A stretch of DNA of 64,000 bases, from the NCBI GenBank assembly GCA_047495785.1, contig JBLDXI010000004.1, forward strand, positions 2,046,001 through 2,110,000. Reading direction: 5' to 3'. Positions 35,173-49,200 of the stretch are shown piece after piece; positions within the stretch are counted from its first letter, which is position 1; the number at the start of each line of letters is the position of its first letter. The position numbers and the translations under genes were made by a program. Source of the stretch: Lepidodermella squamata. Its lineage: Eukaryota > Animalia > Gastrotricha. Under the pieces are notes generated by a model that was given only the letters and a program-made list of their open reading frames with translations, did not search any database and was not told the DNA's origin.

Positions 35173-38019
35173 CTATTGAAGCTGTGATTTCGCGTCAAAT
35201 TGCCTAATGACTGGTTTATTTTTTTTGGAAAACTCACAGGTCTTCGCTGCCTGCAAGAACCAGGCTGCGACCAGGTTGCGTTCGACAGGCACGATACGGC
35301 AGCATTTCCTAGAATCTCGAAATTCGAGTTGCATGATATGGTTCGATTGGCTCCGACGTTCGATAGACCAGGGGATACGGTGCCGTTTGGTACCGTGGGC
35401 AGCTGTCCACAAACTTTTCAGGATGGTGTTTTCAAAAGAATGGAGAACGACTTGAAAATGTGTCACCTGCTGCTTCACAGCTCGCAGCCGCAGACCAGGT
35501 GCCGTTTGCTTGGCATTGACTTGTTCCCGGACCGACGACTCTGAAGCCCGGATTGCACACGAATGTCACCGTGGACAAGTAAGAGGTCGATCTGTTGGAT
35601 GAGCTGGCCAAATAGCTGTTACTCGGTACAGGAGCGGGGCCGCAGTCTTCATCATACGTATGAACATCACACAAAACACCCCTGCTTTCACTTACTTATC
35701 GGGTTACACCTTCCGTTTATCACCGGTCGAAATGGAGGAACGCACGTGGCGATCGAGACAGAGGACAAATAGGTGTAACCAGGGTTGCATTCCAAGCTCA
35801 CGGATCCACCTTTCTCTACAGCGGTTCCAGGCCTCAGAACCACGCCGGTATCTTCCGAAGTTTCCGGGTCCAATTGGGTCACAAATCCCGCGGATACGAT
35901 TGGTACAGGGCAAGACTGCTCCTGAGTACTCACAGTAGTCTGGCTGCGAACATCCGTGTTCTCGGAAACCCAGTCGAGAACCTTGCAGACTCTGCTGTAG
36001 ATGCCAGGCGTGTATCCGTTGCAGGACTCGTCGCCGTTAGAAATAATGCCGAGAAGGTAAGTCTTCCTGGATTTCAAACACATGAGAGGGCCCCCAGAAT
36101 CCCCGAAGCAAACATCGCTGTCATCGGCGGCGAAACACATCTTCGAGTCGGTGACGGTGACCGCGTCAGAGCGGTCTCGCGAATATTCCAGCGAGCAATT
36201 TTGGTACGACCGAACTTGAAGATCCAGCTTCCTCGGGATTTCAGAAAGTCTGGCTAAAATACAAGAGCAAATAGGAAAGACAGCGGGATGCGGCTGGAAC
36301 GGTGTTCAACTACGGAACATACTGTATGCAAAGTGACCCCAGCCAGCCGCAACCGCTGAATCGCATCCATCAATCGAAGTGGCGGTGATAGGGTTGGCTC
36401 GACACATGGTTCTCGCGTCGGGCAAACAAATCGGTTTGATCTGCTGCGAAAATCTCGGAACTGGGGTCGCCAGTCTCAGCAGAGCGAAATCAAAGTCGTA
36501 CAAGTTCTGACTGCCGTTGTATTGCCGATGCACCAATGGAGGTAGCGACACAAGAGATTCGTAAGAGCCCGTCTCAGACCTAAAACTGATATTGTGGCGA
36601 CCCAGCATCGCTTTGATCCTAGACACAAATAAGAGATTAGAGCACTGCTTCTAATTTTACAATGCAAAACGCACAATTATTAATTTTGAGTTTTTTGTTT
36701 TTTCACTTACAACGCGTGCGTTGTTCTAATTAGCGAATTGGAACACGTGCGTTTTTTATTGCGCGTAATTACTCATTCATAAAACAGCAACGCATTTTTA
36801 CGCACAGCAATTATTTTTCATTTTATTGCACACACAAAACGCTGTAAATAACCGAGGCGATAGCCGAGGTTATCCAAGGCGAGCGAAGCGTGCCTTCAAA
36901 ATAAAACGAAGCGAAGCCGAGTCTAGCTGTGGTAGGCGAGTGAAGCGAGCCTAAAAAAGACGTTGAAACAAGTCGAAGCAAGAGTGAAACGAGGTGCAGC
37001 CGAGTGTAACGAGTGCGGAAACGAGTTTCAACGTTTCCTACTTTTTCAGGCCACTTTTTTCTGCCCGCTGTTTATTGAAAGAAGTATTGCCAAGCAAGTG
37101 ACCCATTATTCGCGCGGCGAGTGTAAAATTATAAAATGATTGCCCTCAATAAAACACTCACACAACCACTAAGCACACACACACACACACACACACACAC
37201 AAGTGTGAGCAATAATGCGAGCGTTGCAGAACTAGCACGAATTTCGCATTGCTAATTGCATTGATTTCAGTCAATTGAATACGCTTTCTAAGATGATCGT
37301 AATTTCGATGAGTTGGGCATGTTCGGCGAGGTACTAGTGGATGCTCAATTACAGCAGAATTTTGATTAAAATGAGGTGAAAAACTTGCTTAACTCAGTCC
37401 TTGAAAATTAGAAGCCGTGCTCTAATAATGTTAGATCACTCGTTTTGATCCTAATCTCAAAAACGCGCCCTCTCGTAAACGTCGACTCGTGAAAAACTCG
37501 CGATCGCTGCGCCTCGTTCCGCTTGCTCGTTTTCACTCGTCTTCGTTTACTCGAGAAAATTCGCATTAACGACGGATTTTTTTCTAATCACCCGATTTCT
37601 CGATTGGAATCAAAACTCGGTGTTCTAACATATATATTAGACCACCGACCTGGGCAAAAGAACGGAAAAAATCTTACAAAATCGGAGTTTCTCCGGCATC
37701 CCAAACGCAATGAGCAGCTGTAATCAGCCATTGCCTCGAGATGAGTGAAGCTCCGCAGTAAGACGCTGATGTTTCGCCGCTTTTGTAAATTTCCAGAAAG
37801 ACCTATAGCATACATCCTGTTTGTATTGCATGGCATTAACAATGAATTGAAACAAACCAGCCATGGGTAGTCGTTTGGTCCTGCTGGCTGACTGCCTGGG
37901 CCTCGCGATTTCGCCATAGCCGTGGGGTTCACTGAACCACATTCGTAGCTATCTTGAGCAACGACTACTCCGGATAACAGCCAAAGGCAGGCGATTTTAA
38001 AAGGCATTAGGTGGCGCAT
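35173..38019 (-). CDS. Secreted S1 serine protease followed by three Sushi/CCP domains (multi-exon)
   Basis: Signal peptide at 38019, YPWL, CGASLI..TAAHC (~37710), DFALL (~36485), GWG, DVCFGDSGGP (~36095); CCP modules at ~35700-35920, 35475-35645 and 35250-35415. The 3' end is tentative. Confidence 0.88.
36637..37455. mobile_element. Intronic non-autonomous element with inverted ends and (CA)n, possibly Helentron/DINE-like
   Basis: TTAGAGCACTGCTTCTAATTTT / AAAATTAGAAGCCGTGCTCTAA, (CA)n at ~37175-37200, weak downstream hairpin. Confidence 0.5.
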
Positions 38020-38895
38020 TTAGACAACGTTACAAGAAAATATGAGAAACAGCTACGAACAAAGGCTTTATAATACTATAGCTTCATGTGTGCGTAAACG
38101 TGCAGCTTTCTTTTAAATATATTATCGTATAAGAATGTAATAGTAATAAGATACATTCTCCGCTTGGCAATACCAAACTGAGAAAAATCTGAGGCCTAAG
38201 GTCTGAAGCATGTTGAAATACTTACATCAGCATATCGACCCAGCTCCCTCGATATTTTTCATTTATTAATTCAAAGGGATTGACTTTAGCTACCTATCGA
38301 AACCACAAACCTCACCTATGCAGTACGATGCCACCCTGAATCATAGGCGGCCTTCACGTCTAGGACAGCAGCAATCATCTTGCTTGGTGCATAACGGCTC
38401 GATGGATCAGTAACAGCTGCTGCTACGATCGGCGCCTACGAAAGGCGAAAGGCGAACTGGTTGTCTGGTTGTAGATACCGGCCTTATGGCTTAGCATCGG
38501 TCGCTGTTAACAGTAAGGGCACAATATCGCATGGCTTGCTAGAATTAGGCACAGCGGATGCTTCCTCGCCTCTCAGGCCGGCATTGTGAATCAGCTGCGG
38601 AGACGTGGTGAACGAAGCCAAGAGCCAAGTGCAGAAGAACGTCTCGCTCGCTAGCTGTTTCGCACTGTTCAGATTTGAGTCAAAAAGTTGCGCCATTTCG
38701 ACCACCTACGTCTCCGTGCTCCTCTTCCTGCTGAACTTTCTGAAGAATAGTGACAGCATGCAATCGTTGAAAAGTGAGCTGCATCGAATCCGTTGCCCGC
38801 CCCTGCCATACCTCCTGATGAGCGCACGCAAATCTCTGTCTGCTTGACATGCTAATTTTTCCTCGCTTCTGCCACTGCGATTGAAGTGGCTACAT

Positions 38896-39615
38896 CAGCG
38901 TTTCCCAAACCGCGTCCTATAGGACACTCGTGTACCATGCCAACTTTCAAGTGTCTTGAAACCAGTGTCCTATGGGCCTCAAAATGACTAAATATTACAA
39001 ATAGATCCACATTAAGAAATAAGGCATTTTTGGATAATTTCAAAATGAAAATCGGCATAAAACCGTCAGCTAAAGCTCGCTTCGCTCGCGAATTGTCTAT
39101 ATTGAATTTGATAATGAATGCCTCTGACGATGAATCATGAGACAATAAAGGGTATAATTAATATTTGAAACTACTCAACGTCCCTTTTGCTATTTTAGCT
39201 CATTACAGATTTTACCTGATAGCATGATCAAGTGAAATCTAGTGATTTAGAACGTAAACTCCGAAATGAATTTCTGGGAAAACTCCGAACATTTTCAGTT
39301 TTTGAAGAAGTTATACGGGGTTTTTCAGTGTCAAATTCGAAAAATTTCCTCGTTTGGCTCGTATTTTTGGTGAAAATTTCACCAATGCAGCACACAATGT
39401 TCACCTTCGAGAGGTTACTACCAAAAAATTTTTTAGTAACAAACCGATCGTTTGCTTGAATAAAACTCTGGTTAAAAGCGATCAATTTTTAGCTCAAACA
39501 ATTTGTACCCATTCCCAACCAAATTTCATTGATTTGAGATTTTAGCAAGGTGTACTGCGAGCCATTCTCATAGGACACTACTTGTCATACGAGCCAAAAA
39601 GTTTGGGAACCGCTG
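38896..39615. mobile_element. hAT-like non-autonomous element
   Basis: CAGCGTTTCCCAAAC / GTTTGGGAACCGCTG; flanks both begin GGCTA (degraded TSD); a related left end lies at ~16166-16196. Confidence 0.7.
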
Positions 39616-39801
39616 GGCTAATCCTTTAGTCTTGACTTCAAATTTTTGAGGCTACTTTCGCTGAGTAATTATTTTAACCTGTCCATAACTCGCTTTCACT
39701 TGAAAATGAATAAATACAACTTGAATATAACTGGATCTGCTTTTCCACCTGTGTTTGAGCTGTGAGCACACTAACGATCCGACTGATAATATCCTCCATG
39801 A

Positions 39802-40939
39802 GCACATTTGGAATTCCCCGAGTAAAACGGCCGCGAACAGAAACGACGAGAAATTCAAATTTCGCGACGTTTCCTTCTGTTTTTCGCAGTAAATTAATTT
39901 TGTATTTAAAAACAAATTAAAATATTAAAATAATAAAGAAATTAGAATTTTGAAAAATATTTTGTTTACATTAGCAACGGGTTTTTGTTCGTTCGTTGGG
40001 CAACGAGCGCGCGCGACACCGCGACGTCGTCCTAGCGTTCCCTATGTTGCAGATGAAAAACTATGAAGGCTAGAACGATTCTGTAAATTGCGCTGAACTC
40101 AGCATGGTCGAATTACCTAAAAACCGTTGAAAAATCGACAGGTTCGAAAAATCGACTTTTTGACCCTCCGGCGCCTTAGTACCCCCTTAGGGAAGATCTC
40201 AGGTCATCTTGGTGAACTCTCTCAATCTCTAACAGTACCACCTGGAAGCTTCTAATATTGATTTTCGAATTCCCCGTACTCGATTTAGTAAAGAAATGAT
40301 CTTTAACAGAGATCATCTCCATACTGGGAGTCTCAAGAGATCTTCATCAGTCAACTTGAGTTCGGGTGGGTTAGGGTGTCATCTTGACCAGCAACACCAT
40401 CTCGTCAAATGACTTTGGGCGGTCAAGATCTCTTTGGAAGCTCACCATTTACTAAATCGAGTACGGGGAATTTGAAAATCAATATTAGAAGCTTCCACGA
40501 GTTATGGTTAGAGATCCAGATAGATCACTATGATGGCTCAAGATCCCCTTATAAGGGGGTACTAAGGCGCCGGAGGGTCAAAAAGTCGATTTTTCTGACT
40601 TCTTGATTTCTCAACGGTTTCTAGTTAATTCGACCATGCTGAGTTCAGCGCAATTTACAGAATCGTTCTAGCCTTCATAGTTTTTCATCTGCAACATAGG
40701 GAACGCTAGGACGACGTCGCGGCGTCGCGCGCGCTCGTTGCCCAACGAACGAACAAAACCCCGTTGCTAATGTAAACAAAATATTTTTCGAAATTCTAAT
40801 TTCTTTATTATTCAAATATTTTAATTTGTTTTTTAATACAAAATTAATTTACTGTGAAAAACAGAAGGAAACGTCGCGAAATTTGAATTTCTCGTCGTTT
40901 CTGTTCGCGGCCGTTTTACTCGGGGAATTCCAAATGTGC
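39802..40939. mobile_element. Foldback (MULE-like) element with ~490-bp inverted arms
   Basis: 39802-~40290 is the reverse complement of ~40445-40939; 9-bp TSD CCTCCATGA. Confidence 0.92.
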
Positions 40940-41901
40940 CCTCCATGAAATGCAATGCGATGATGCGATTAATGCAATTAATACTGTAATTATATCTTGT
41001 AAATCTGTAAATGGCGTAACAATAAACAAAATACTTAATTTAGCTAACACATACCGCACAACGTTAAAAATGCACACCTACCCTACCAACAATTAATTAA
41101 CTAGTATAAAATCAGAATCATTATGATTATACTATCCTATATCATCTACGCAGAAAACACACGTAAAAGTTATATATGTCTGATGCGCCATAAGCCCACC
41201 CGTGGCCGGTGCTTAACTTTAATTTTTGGAAATAAAACATTGCTGGCTGAATATAACTGGAACAGTTATGATTTCCATAGTTTAGTAGCCTGATGAGGTC
41301 TCCGCATAATTGCCTTCTGCTTTTAAAAATTCCCGGAAATCGACAATTGACCCAATGATCAAGAGTCGAAAATACCCTGTGCACAGATATCCTCGATTGG
41401 AAATGATAACGTGCTATGGCACTGAAAGCAGTTTCCGTAGTGCTTAATTTGTTTTGATGGCAATGTTTGAGTAGTTCATCTTCAACAGCGAATAGATTTT
41501 ATTTATAGCACTCAGACGTCGCAATCAGTTTACTCGATCAGTTAGGATCGAATGGCGGAAAGCGGAATGCTCGAATGGCCTCGAATTCATTCATTCTCGC
41601 CGTTGTCGCCGCTCTTCCCTCGTAATAAAACTGAGTGATCAGACTTCCGCTAGCTGGTGCACATTTCTATTATGGTAATAAACATTCTCAGTTATTATAT
41701 TAATATATATATATATATAATATTAAGACGACGTGAGGTGGCAGATGACACGCAGAAAGGCGCGGCGGATCGTCGGCACTCTCGGCATGTGTAGGCGAAG
41801 CCTGAAATGTGTTGCCAGCAGCAGTGACGCTGATGTTGAAAGCTTCCTGTCTCAGAATTGTGTTCTGATCCTTTCTGCGATCGACAATCCTCTCATCAGT
41901 C

Positions 41902-43591
41902 ATGGCTTCTGCTGTTGCTAGAGTGCTACCCGGCGGCGCGTGGGTTCTCGCCGACCTGCCTGAGCGAGGTTTCGACGGGCCGAGGCCGTACTTTGTCGGG
42001 TGGTACCACGACCTGACCACACACTCAGTCCACGACCGACTGTCGTACAGCATCGTCACGCTGCTGGTGGCCATCGCTGGCTGCATCGCTAGCTTAGCCA
42101 GCATCGCCGTCTACTACCGCCGCAATGTCAAACGCGACTTTTTGATGTTGTGCTGCCTATCAGCCGGCCGCAACATTTACTGGGCCGTCAACTGGACCTA
42201 CTCGCTGTTTGTGCCACTCGGCTCCGGCTTCTGGGTCGCATCTGACGCGGCGTGCTTGGTGACGTTCTGGCAGAACGTCTGCACGGGCTGCTACGGCATG
42301 TTCATGAGCCTGCTCATCAGCTACGAACGGCGCATGTGCGTCGCCGCTACAAGCATCTATCGGTCGAATACGACCAAAGTAAGGATCACTGTATACTACA
42401 ATGAAGCTAAAACTGAACTGCAACTTGGCATCCAAAGATCAAATTACTTTCAGAATCTAGATGTCTGCTGAAATTTTTTCAAATCGTATCTGAGCATACG
42501 ATTTGAATCCTTCAGGCTGTTAATAATGCTCTTATCTGCTGATAAGCTATGTATTTCAAGCGGCGGAATCTTCTCAGAGCAAAATCATGCCTACATATTT
42601 TCCATTTCATGCCTGTAGATTTGAATTGATAAATCACTCACTAAAGGTGAAGGTAAAAGGCTCAGCAAATCCATACAATGGATCGAAACTTCCTAATTTG
42701 AGAGCTGCTGCAATACCCAAGCCGCATGTTCATATTAGAATACGAATTGCAGATCAAATGTCGACTCGTGATTTTTGCTCGTGTGAACGCGAATAAACAA
42801 CGTTTCATAGATCAGGGAAATTCGAGAAGCCATTTTACGATTTGCACGATAATAACCTGAATTAATTTTCGTTTCTTTTTCAGTTGGTATCACTCGCCGT
42901 GGGCGCATTCGCATTGTGTGCTGCTGGCCCGGTGTTTTTCACATTCGCCCCTTATCAATTGATAAGTCTGCAATGGCTGCGGCTCGTCAACAACACCAAC
43001 AGCAGCAGCTTTCGCAACATCAGCTCAGCATCGAACGAGTTAGCAGTTCCGTTGTGCGGCTGTTTCGTCGACCGGCTCTTCGGCCCCGTCGACACGTTCG
43101 TGCTCGGCGTGATTTGGTACACGATCGCATCGCAGACGGCCTGCGTCGGGCTGGCGTACAACTACTGGAAGATTTTCCACACCATCCGAGCGGTACGCGT
43201 GCGATTCGGAACGTCGAGAGTCAACCAATCGAATCCGATCGAGGACGAGTGGTACAAGAAGGAGATGTTCATCGCCAAGCAGTCCCTCGCCGCTTTCGTC
43301 GTCTACTTCGCGTGCCACATGCCACTCACCGTGCATTTCGTGCTGCAGCTGTTCTACCGCGAGCTTGGGCCCAGTTACGCGACTGGGCCGTTCGTGAAAT
43401 ACGGCGAGGTGTTGCTTCTGCTCGAAATGAGCGCATCGGCTGTTTTGAAGACGCTCAAGCCCGGCTTCTCGGCCGAATGGCGGTGGTTCGGCTCTAATAA
43501 GACGAGCGTTGCGCCAAGACGCACCACAGCGGCGACTTTGCAAATGACGCAGAGGTCTCCCACGGCGACAGTGTCGACGAGGCGAGGCTGA
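41902..43591 (+). CDS. Divergent class A-like 7TM GPCR, ~394 aa; exons 41902-42378, 42884-43591
   Basis: Multiple hydrophobic segments, Cys atop TM3, ISYERR at the DRY position, TM6 FVVYFACHMP; phase-0 GT-AG intron. Confidence 0.8.
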
Positions 43592-44241
43592 AGAGACCAC
43601 TGAATGCAGACAGCAGGACAACATACGAGTGTGAATTTGTAGGCCAATTGTATGCGCTCTGACTGAAACGCCCTACCCTCTCAAATGTGTGAGTACAAAT
43701 TGATCAACCAACAACGCACTTTTTTCAAATAATAAAACTTTAAGGCTGCAATGAGCTATTTCAAATTCTTTCTCATTTATCACTGGTTGGACTTTTTTAA
43801 TTTAGCTCATTAGGTGCCGACAAGCAGCTTATTTCTCATGAAATCTGCTTTCAATGTACGTGATTCCAGATTCTCGGCTCAGCCAAGAACAGCCACGAAC
43901 TAATTTCCGTATTTTCATTCAAGGAAATTAACATTTAATGAAGAAAACCGGAAATAACTCGACGTTAGGTATTCCGATAATTTTGTTATTCCACGTGGTT
44001 TGATTTTCCACACAAGAATAAGGCCAATCGATGCCGACATTGAGCTATGGTGAATGGTGGCCGATCGATGGCTAAGGCAAGCAAAGACAGCTGCGTCTAG
44101 TGGGCTGCCGTTAATTATTAATCGCAACTCTCCAAAGTGATTGCTTTGCAACGCATACACTTGGCGTGCCACAACGTAAGATGAAGAGATGGAAGGGCAA
44201 TTTTTATACTGCTGATTGGAAAATTACTATTAGATTTAGCG

Positions 44242-45747
44242 ATGCCTTCAAAATGGTCGCTCTTGCGCCTTGTCTTTCTCAGTGCTGTTCTCAAGCCATC
44301 ATTAGCTCAGGACGAAGAGGTGAAGCCGGACAGGTATTTGCCCCCAGGTGAGGCTTTCAAGCAGTCAATCACCGAGCGCTGCAATTTGAAGACGAAAACG
44401 CGGCCGTGCAGCGATTTCGACCAAGTCACAAATGTGACAGTTGAAACTTTCCCATACCGCTTCAGTGGCATTTCCGACAAGGAGCAATCGTAAACGAAAT
44501 CCTCCCTCGCAATGACAAGCCATGTTTTCCTTATCTTACTTCACAGGTATTCAATGATGATTGAGCTGGATTTCACGTGGCAACACCCGTGCGCTCAGTG
44601 GAGCGACAGCGATACACGGCTCAAATCGTTCGAATTGGTTGCAGTAGATTGCTGGTTTCCCAAAATACAACACATCAACGCAAATGACGATATCTCTAAG
44701 CTAACTACGTAAATTCTCAATTAGTTCATTCTTCTTCAAAAAAGTAGCAGAGGTCCGAAGATTTCAGGAGCAAAACCCACTCACCACTTTCTTTCATGCT
44801 TCCTGTTTTGCTATTTTCTCGGTTTCGAAGGCGGCAGGCACATCCTGCTGTCTTTCGCCTAATTTTTTGTTCTTTGCCATTTTCGATGAACAAATGACAT
44901 TTCCTTCTGTAGCACCATGGAGGCGAACAGCAAAATATACGTATGGCGCGAAGGAGTCATGCTGCTGCCCGTCGTTTCAGAGATCAATTCATTTTGCCCC
45001 CTCAAGTCAGTTACATACATACATACTTCACTCGTATCTGGTGTTAACATAATATCTTCCCAAATGTTCAGGCTGGCCAATTTCCCATTCGATAGCCAAA
45101 AGTGTAGCGTTGAGGTTGAGTCGTGGTTCGCATCAACCGAAGTTCGCCTGCAGCTGCCCGAGAACCAGACGAGCATCGACCACAGAATAGGCGATAATTT
45201 CATATCCGAAAACGACATTTGGGAGCTGGAAGGAACTACCGCGATTGTTGACGCCCACTCGTATCCAGGGGATGCGACAGGTAATCGGTACTACCGCGTG
45301 ATTTACGAGTTCACGTACCGGCGCAAATCGGCGTCTTACATCATGAACATATTCCTGCCCAGCTTCGCACTCCTCTCGCTGATGCTCTCCGTGTGGGTGA
45401 TGCCGCCGGAGCACCCGGACCGCCCCGGCTTCTGCATGACCGTCGTGCTCGCCTACACCGTCCTGCTGTCGATCGTCTCGGACTCGCTGCCGAAAACCTC
45501 CGAGCTCAGCTACACGCTCATCTTCATGGGCGCGCAGATGGTCATCGGCTGCGTTTGCACCATCTACGCTCTACTCACGTGCCAACTCGCACATATTCCA
45601 ATATTCAAGAAGCGAAATGTTACATTATTCCGGAAAGTGCAACTGACCCTCATTCGAGTGATAGACCTGGCTTTCTTTTGTATACTGCTTGTAACAAGCA
45701 TAACCATGGATAGCGTTGTTTTCAGTCGAATGATGTCTCAATCGTAG
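44242..45747 (+). CDS. Cys-loop ligand-gated ion channel subunit, copy B; exons 44242-44489, 44547-44708, 44913-45005, 45072-45747
   Basis: Paralog of 1494-3085 with the same intron positions; Cys-loop CPLKLANFPFDSQKC. Confidence 0.92.
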
Positions 45748-46253
45748 AAAACCTTTTAAATAAAGACGATTTGAAGAAGCTCGTATCTGCAAAGAACCTC
45801 ATGTTTCTAACCCCAAAAAAACATCCAAGGTTACCCTCTGTTCTCTGTCCAATGTTATCCTGTCTTCTTGTAAGCTGTCCTGTCTTCGTGTAAGCATGGG
45901 GATAACAAACGGTATAATCATGAACAATGGAATGCATCCACTATCACAAGTCCGTCTTTATCGGCAATGCTTGGCTGAGACAATGACGTAAAACAGCTCA
46001 CGTGCCGCCTCTATCTACCTTTTTCGGAAGGAGTTCACGCAATAATGACCTCCTATTTGCTGTCACGTGATTTGGACAGCCTGTACAGCCAATATATAAC
46101 CGGACTGTGTAAACTTTGAATTAGAGTGAGACAAAAAAGCGACTCATTTGATAAGACAGCTCTGCAGGTGATAAGACTAAAAAAGCCCGATAGCTATTCT
46201 CATCCTCGCTTTATCAGCCCTATCAGTCGCCAGCATTTCACCAGTAACCTGTA

Positions 46254-49200
46254 ATGTCACGTGAATTTTGCAAGTCTCAATTTTGGGTAAGTTCCATCCT
46301 CGCTCGCTGATCGAAAAAAACGTGTAAAATCACCCTTATTGCAGGACGTTGATCTAACATGGAACACGGATTTCCCGGATTTCACGCCATGCTTCGAGAA
46401 TACAGTGCTCATCATGGCACCGTGCGTGATTTTGGCCCTGACAGCGCCCATCTACCTGCTGTACATCTTCAAGTGCCCGATGAAGCGGTCAGAACCGCTG
46501 CCACTGACTAGACTCGGCGCAATCAAGTCGATTCTATCGATGGCTCTCACCTTCTTCGCCGCAATGAACTTCTTCCGAACTGTGAGTGAAGAAGTATCGG
46601 GCCTTGAACCTGAGCTGTCCTACTACTTTGGGCCTCTAATTCAAGCTCTAACTTTCATTTGGACGATAATCCTTATGCATTTGGAGCGGAAGGCTGGCGT
46701 CATCAACTCAGCGCCTCTCTTCCTATTTTGGGGCGTTCTGTCGATTTTAGGCATCGCACAGCTTCTCACTTATGGCCAATCGCCTGGCGAGAATGATTCT
46801 TACCGAGTCGTAGTTTTCAGCTTCTACTACGCCATTCTGCTCATTCAACTTGTGCTTTCGTGCCTGATCGAGGCACTGCCGAAACGCCTGAGGGACGACA
46901 TGAAAATCTCACCCGAAGCCAGGGCCAGCTTCCTGTCTTACCTCTCCTTCCACTGGGTCACATCGCTGTGTTGGCTTGGCTTCAAGAAATCCCTCGTGCA
47001 TGCAGATCTACCGAAACTACATCCTCGGGACGTTTGCGGCAATGTCGTGCCTCAACTCGAGCGGCACTGGTACGAAGAGCTGGAGAAGCGTAAGAAATTC
47101 CGCTCTGTCCTACTCGATCAGCCGGCTCGCAACGAGAAAGACAGCCTTGTTTCTTCACAACAAGCTAAAAAGTCGTATCAATCCGCCGCCGCCGATCAAC
47201 AAACTGTGACGATATCAATTACAGGCAAAGAATACGAGCCGTCCATCGTGAAAGCCCTGGCGAAGACCTACTGGCCACGAATCATCCTCTCGAATTTGGG
47301 CCGGTTGATTTTCGACCTGTGCAACTTCATGGGCCCAGTGACGCTGCAGTGGATGATCAGCTACACGAAGGACACGAAAGAGCCGTACTGGCACGGCTAC
47401 ATCTACGCTATTGCCATCTTCCTCACCAGCATCACCGGGTCTTTCTCGTTCAACCAATTTTTCCATCTCATGATGGTTACGGCCAGTCACATCAAGTCGT
47501 CGATGCTGACTCTGATCTACAAAAAGGCTTTGACGATGAGCAATGAAGCTAGGCGGCAATCGACTGTAGGCGAGGTTGTTAACCTTATGGCGGTCGATAC
47601 CGAGAGAATCTTGAGCTGTCTACCCTTCACGTGGGTAATTTGGTCCGCCCCTCTTCAGATTACAATCGCCATGGCAATGCTGTGGAACACGGTCGGGAGT
47701 TCTGCGTTAGCTGGGCTCATAGTCCTTGTATGCCTTATCCCAATCAACATCGTCGTTTCAACGCTGATCAAACGGCAACAGGCGAAGCAGATGGTGTTCA
47801 AGGACAGGCGGCTGCGTCTCATGACCGAAATTCTCATGGGCATCAAAGTTTTGAAGCTGTACGCGTGGGAGAACTCATTCGTTGACCGCATCAAATCATT
47901 CCGCGAGGAAGAACTCATCCTGTTGCGGCGATCGGCATACCTGAACGGTGTCTCGCAATTCACGTGGGTTTGCGCTCCTTACATGGTGCTAGTCGCCACT
48001 TTCACAACTTACACGCTAACCTCACCGGAGCCGTTAACTGCAGACAAGGCATTCGTAGCTTTGTCTCTTTTCAATCTGCTGAGGGGCCCTCTCGATATTC
48101 TGGCGATGGTCATCTCGCAACTCGCTCAGGCCTCTGTCGCGATTCGCCGACTCGGAAAATTCCTTCGCAGCACTGATTTGGACCCAGAAGTTGTCGATCG
48201 TATCAAGGACATGTCTAACGACGCCAATGCGATTGAAGTTAGCCGAGGTAAGTTCGCGTGGAACTTCAACGACAACGCTGTTCTGTCTAATGTCAACTTC
48301 AAAATCGGGCGGGGCAAACTGGTGGCTGTTGTCGGCCCGGTCGGCTGTGGCAAATCGTCCCTGCTCGCAGCTATTTTGGGCGAACTCGAAAAGGCGGCTG
48401 GCAAGGTTTCTGTCCGAGGCTCGACAGCTTACGTCGCGCAGCAAGCCTGGATCCAAAATGCGACCATTCGGAATAACATTCTCTTCGGCAGTGAATTCGA
48501 GAAGAATCGCTACGACCAAGTTATCGAGGCGTGTGCCATGAACCCTGACCTTCAGATCCTGGACGACGGCGATGCGACTGAAATCGGCGAGAAAGGTATC
48601 AATTTGTCGGGTGGGCAGAAGCAGCGAGTTTCGTTGGCTAGGGCTGTCTACGCTGATCGAGACATCTACCTACTGGACGACCCGCTCTCGGCGGTCGATG
48701 CACATGTTGGCAAGCACATTTTCGACAATATCGTCGGGCCGAATGGGATGCTGCGCAACAAGACTCGCGTTCTAGTCACACATGGCCTGCAGTGGCTGCC
48801 GCGGTGCGATGAGATCATCGTCATGCAGAATGGCACCATCTCGAACATTGGCTCCTTCCGAGACTTGATAGCCACCGATGCGACATTTGCCGCCCTGATT
48901 AAAGAACATTTGGCTGAGGCTGGTGGGGCGGAGGCGCTGGCGGAGGCTGAGCTGCCTCAACAGGCGCTAGAACTACTGCGACAAATCAGCAACGAAGACG
49001 CTAAGAAACAGCCAGTTGAGGAGGCTAAATCTTTAACAGCCTCAGCTAATCTCACGTCTTCGATCAGATCTCGGAAGGCTAGTAAAGCTGCCGAGATTAA
49101 GAAGCCGTCAATCAAAGGCCCTCCACCAACTAAATTGATCGCCGATGAGAAGCAACTGACAGGCGGGGTTAAAATCGCTGTCTATTGGTCGTTTTTCAAG

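Noticed and set aside
38605-38847. 80-aa ORF with coding-like composition
   Set aside because: No recognisable motif or exon structure.
38810-38850. CTGATGAG hammerhead-like core (also ~41290 and ~54460)
   Set aside because: No stem II followed by GAAA and no flanking helices.
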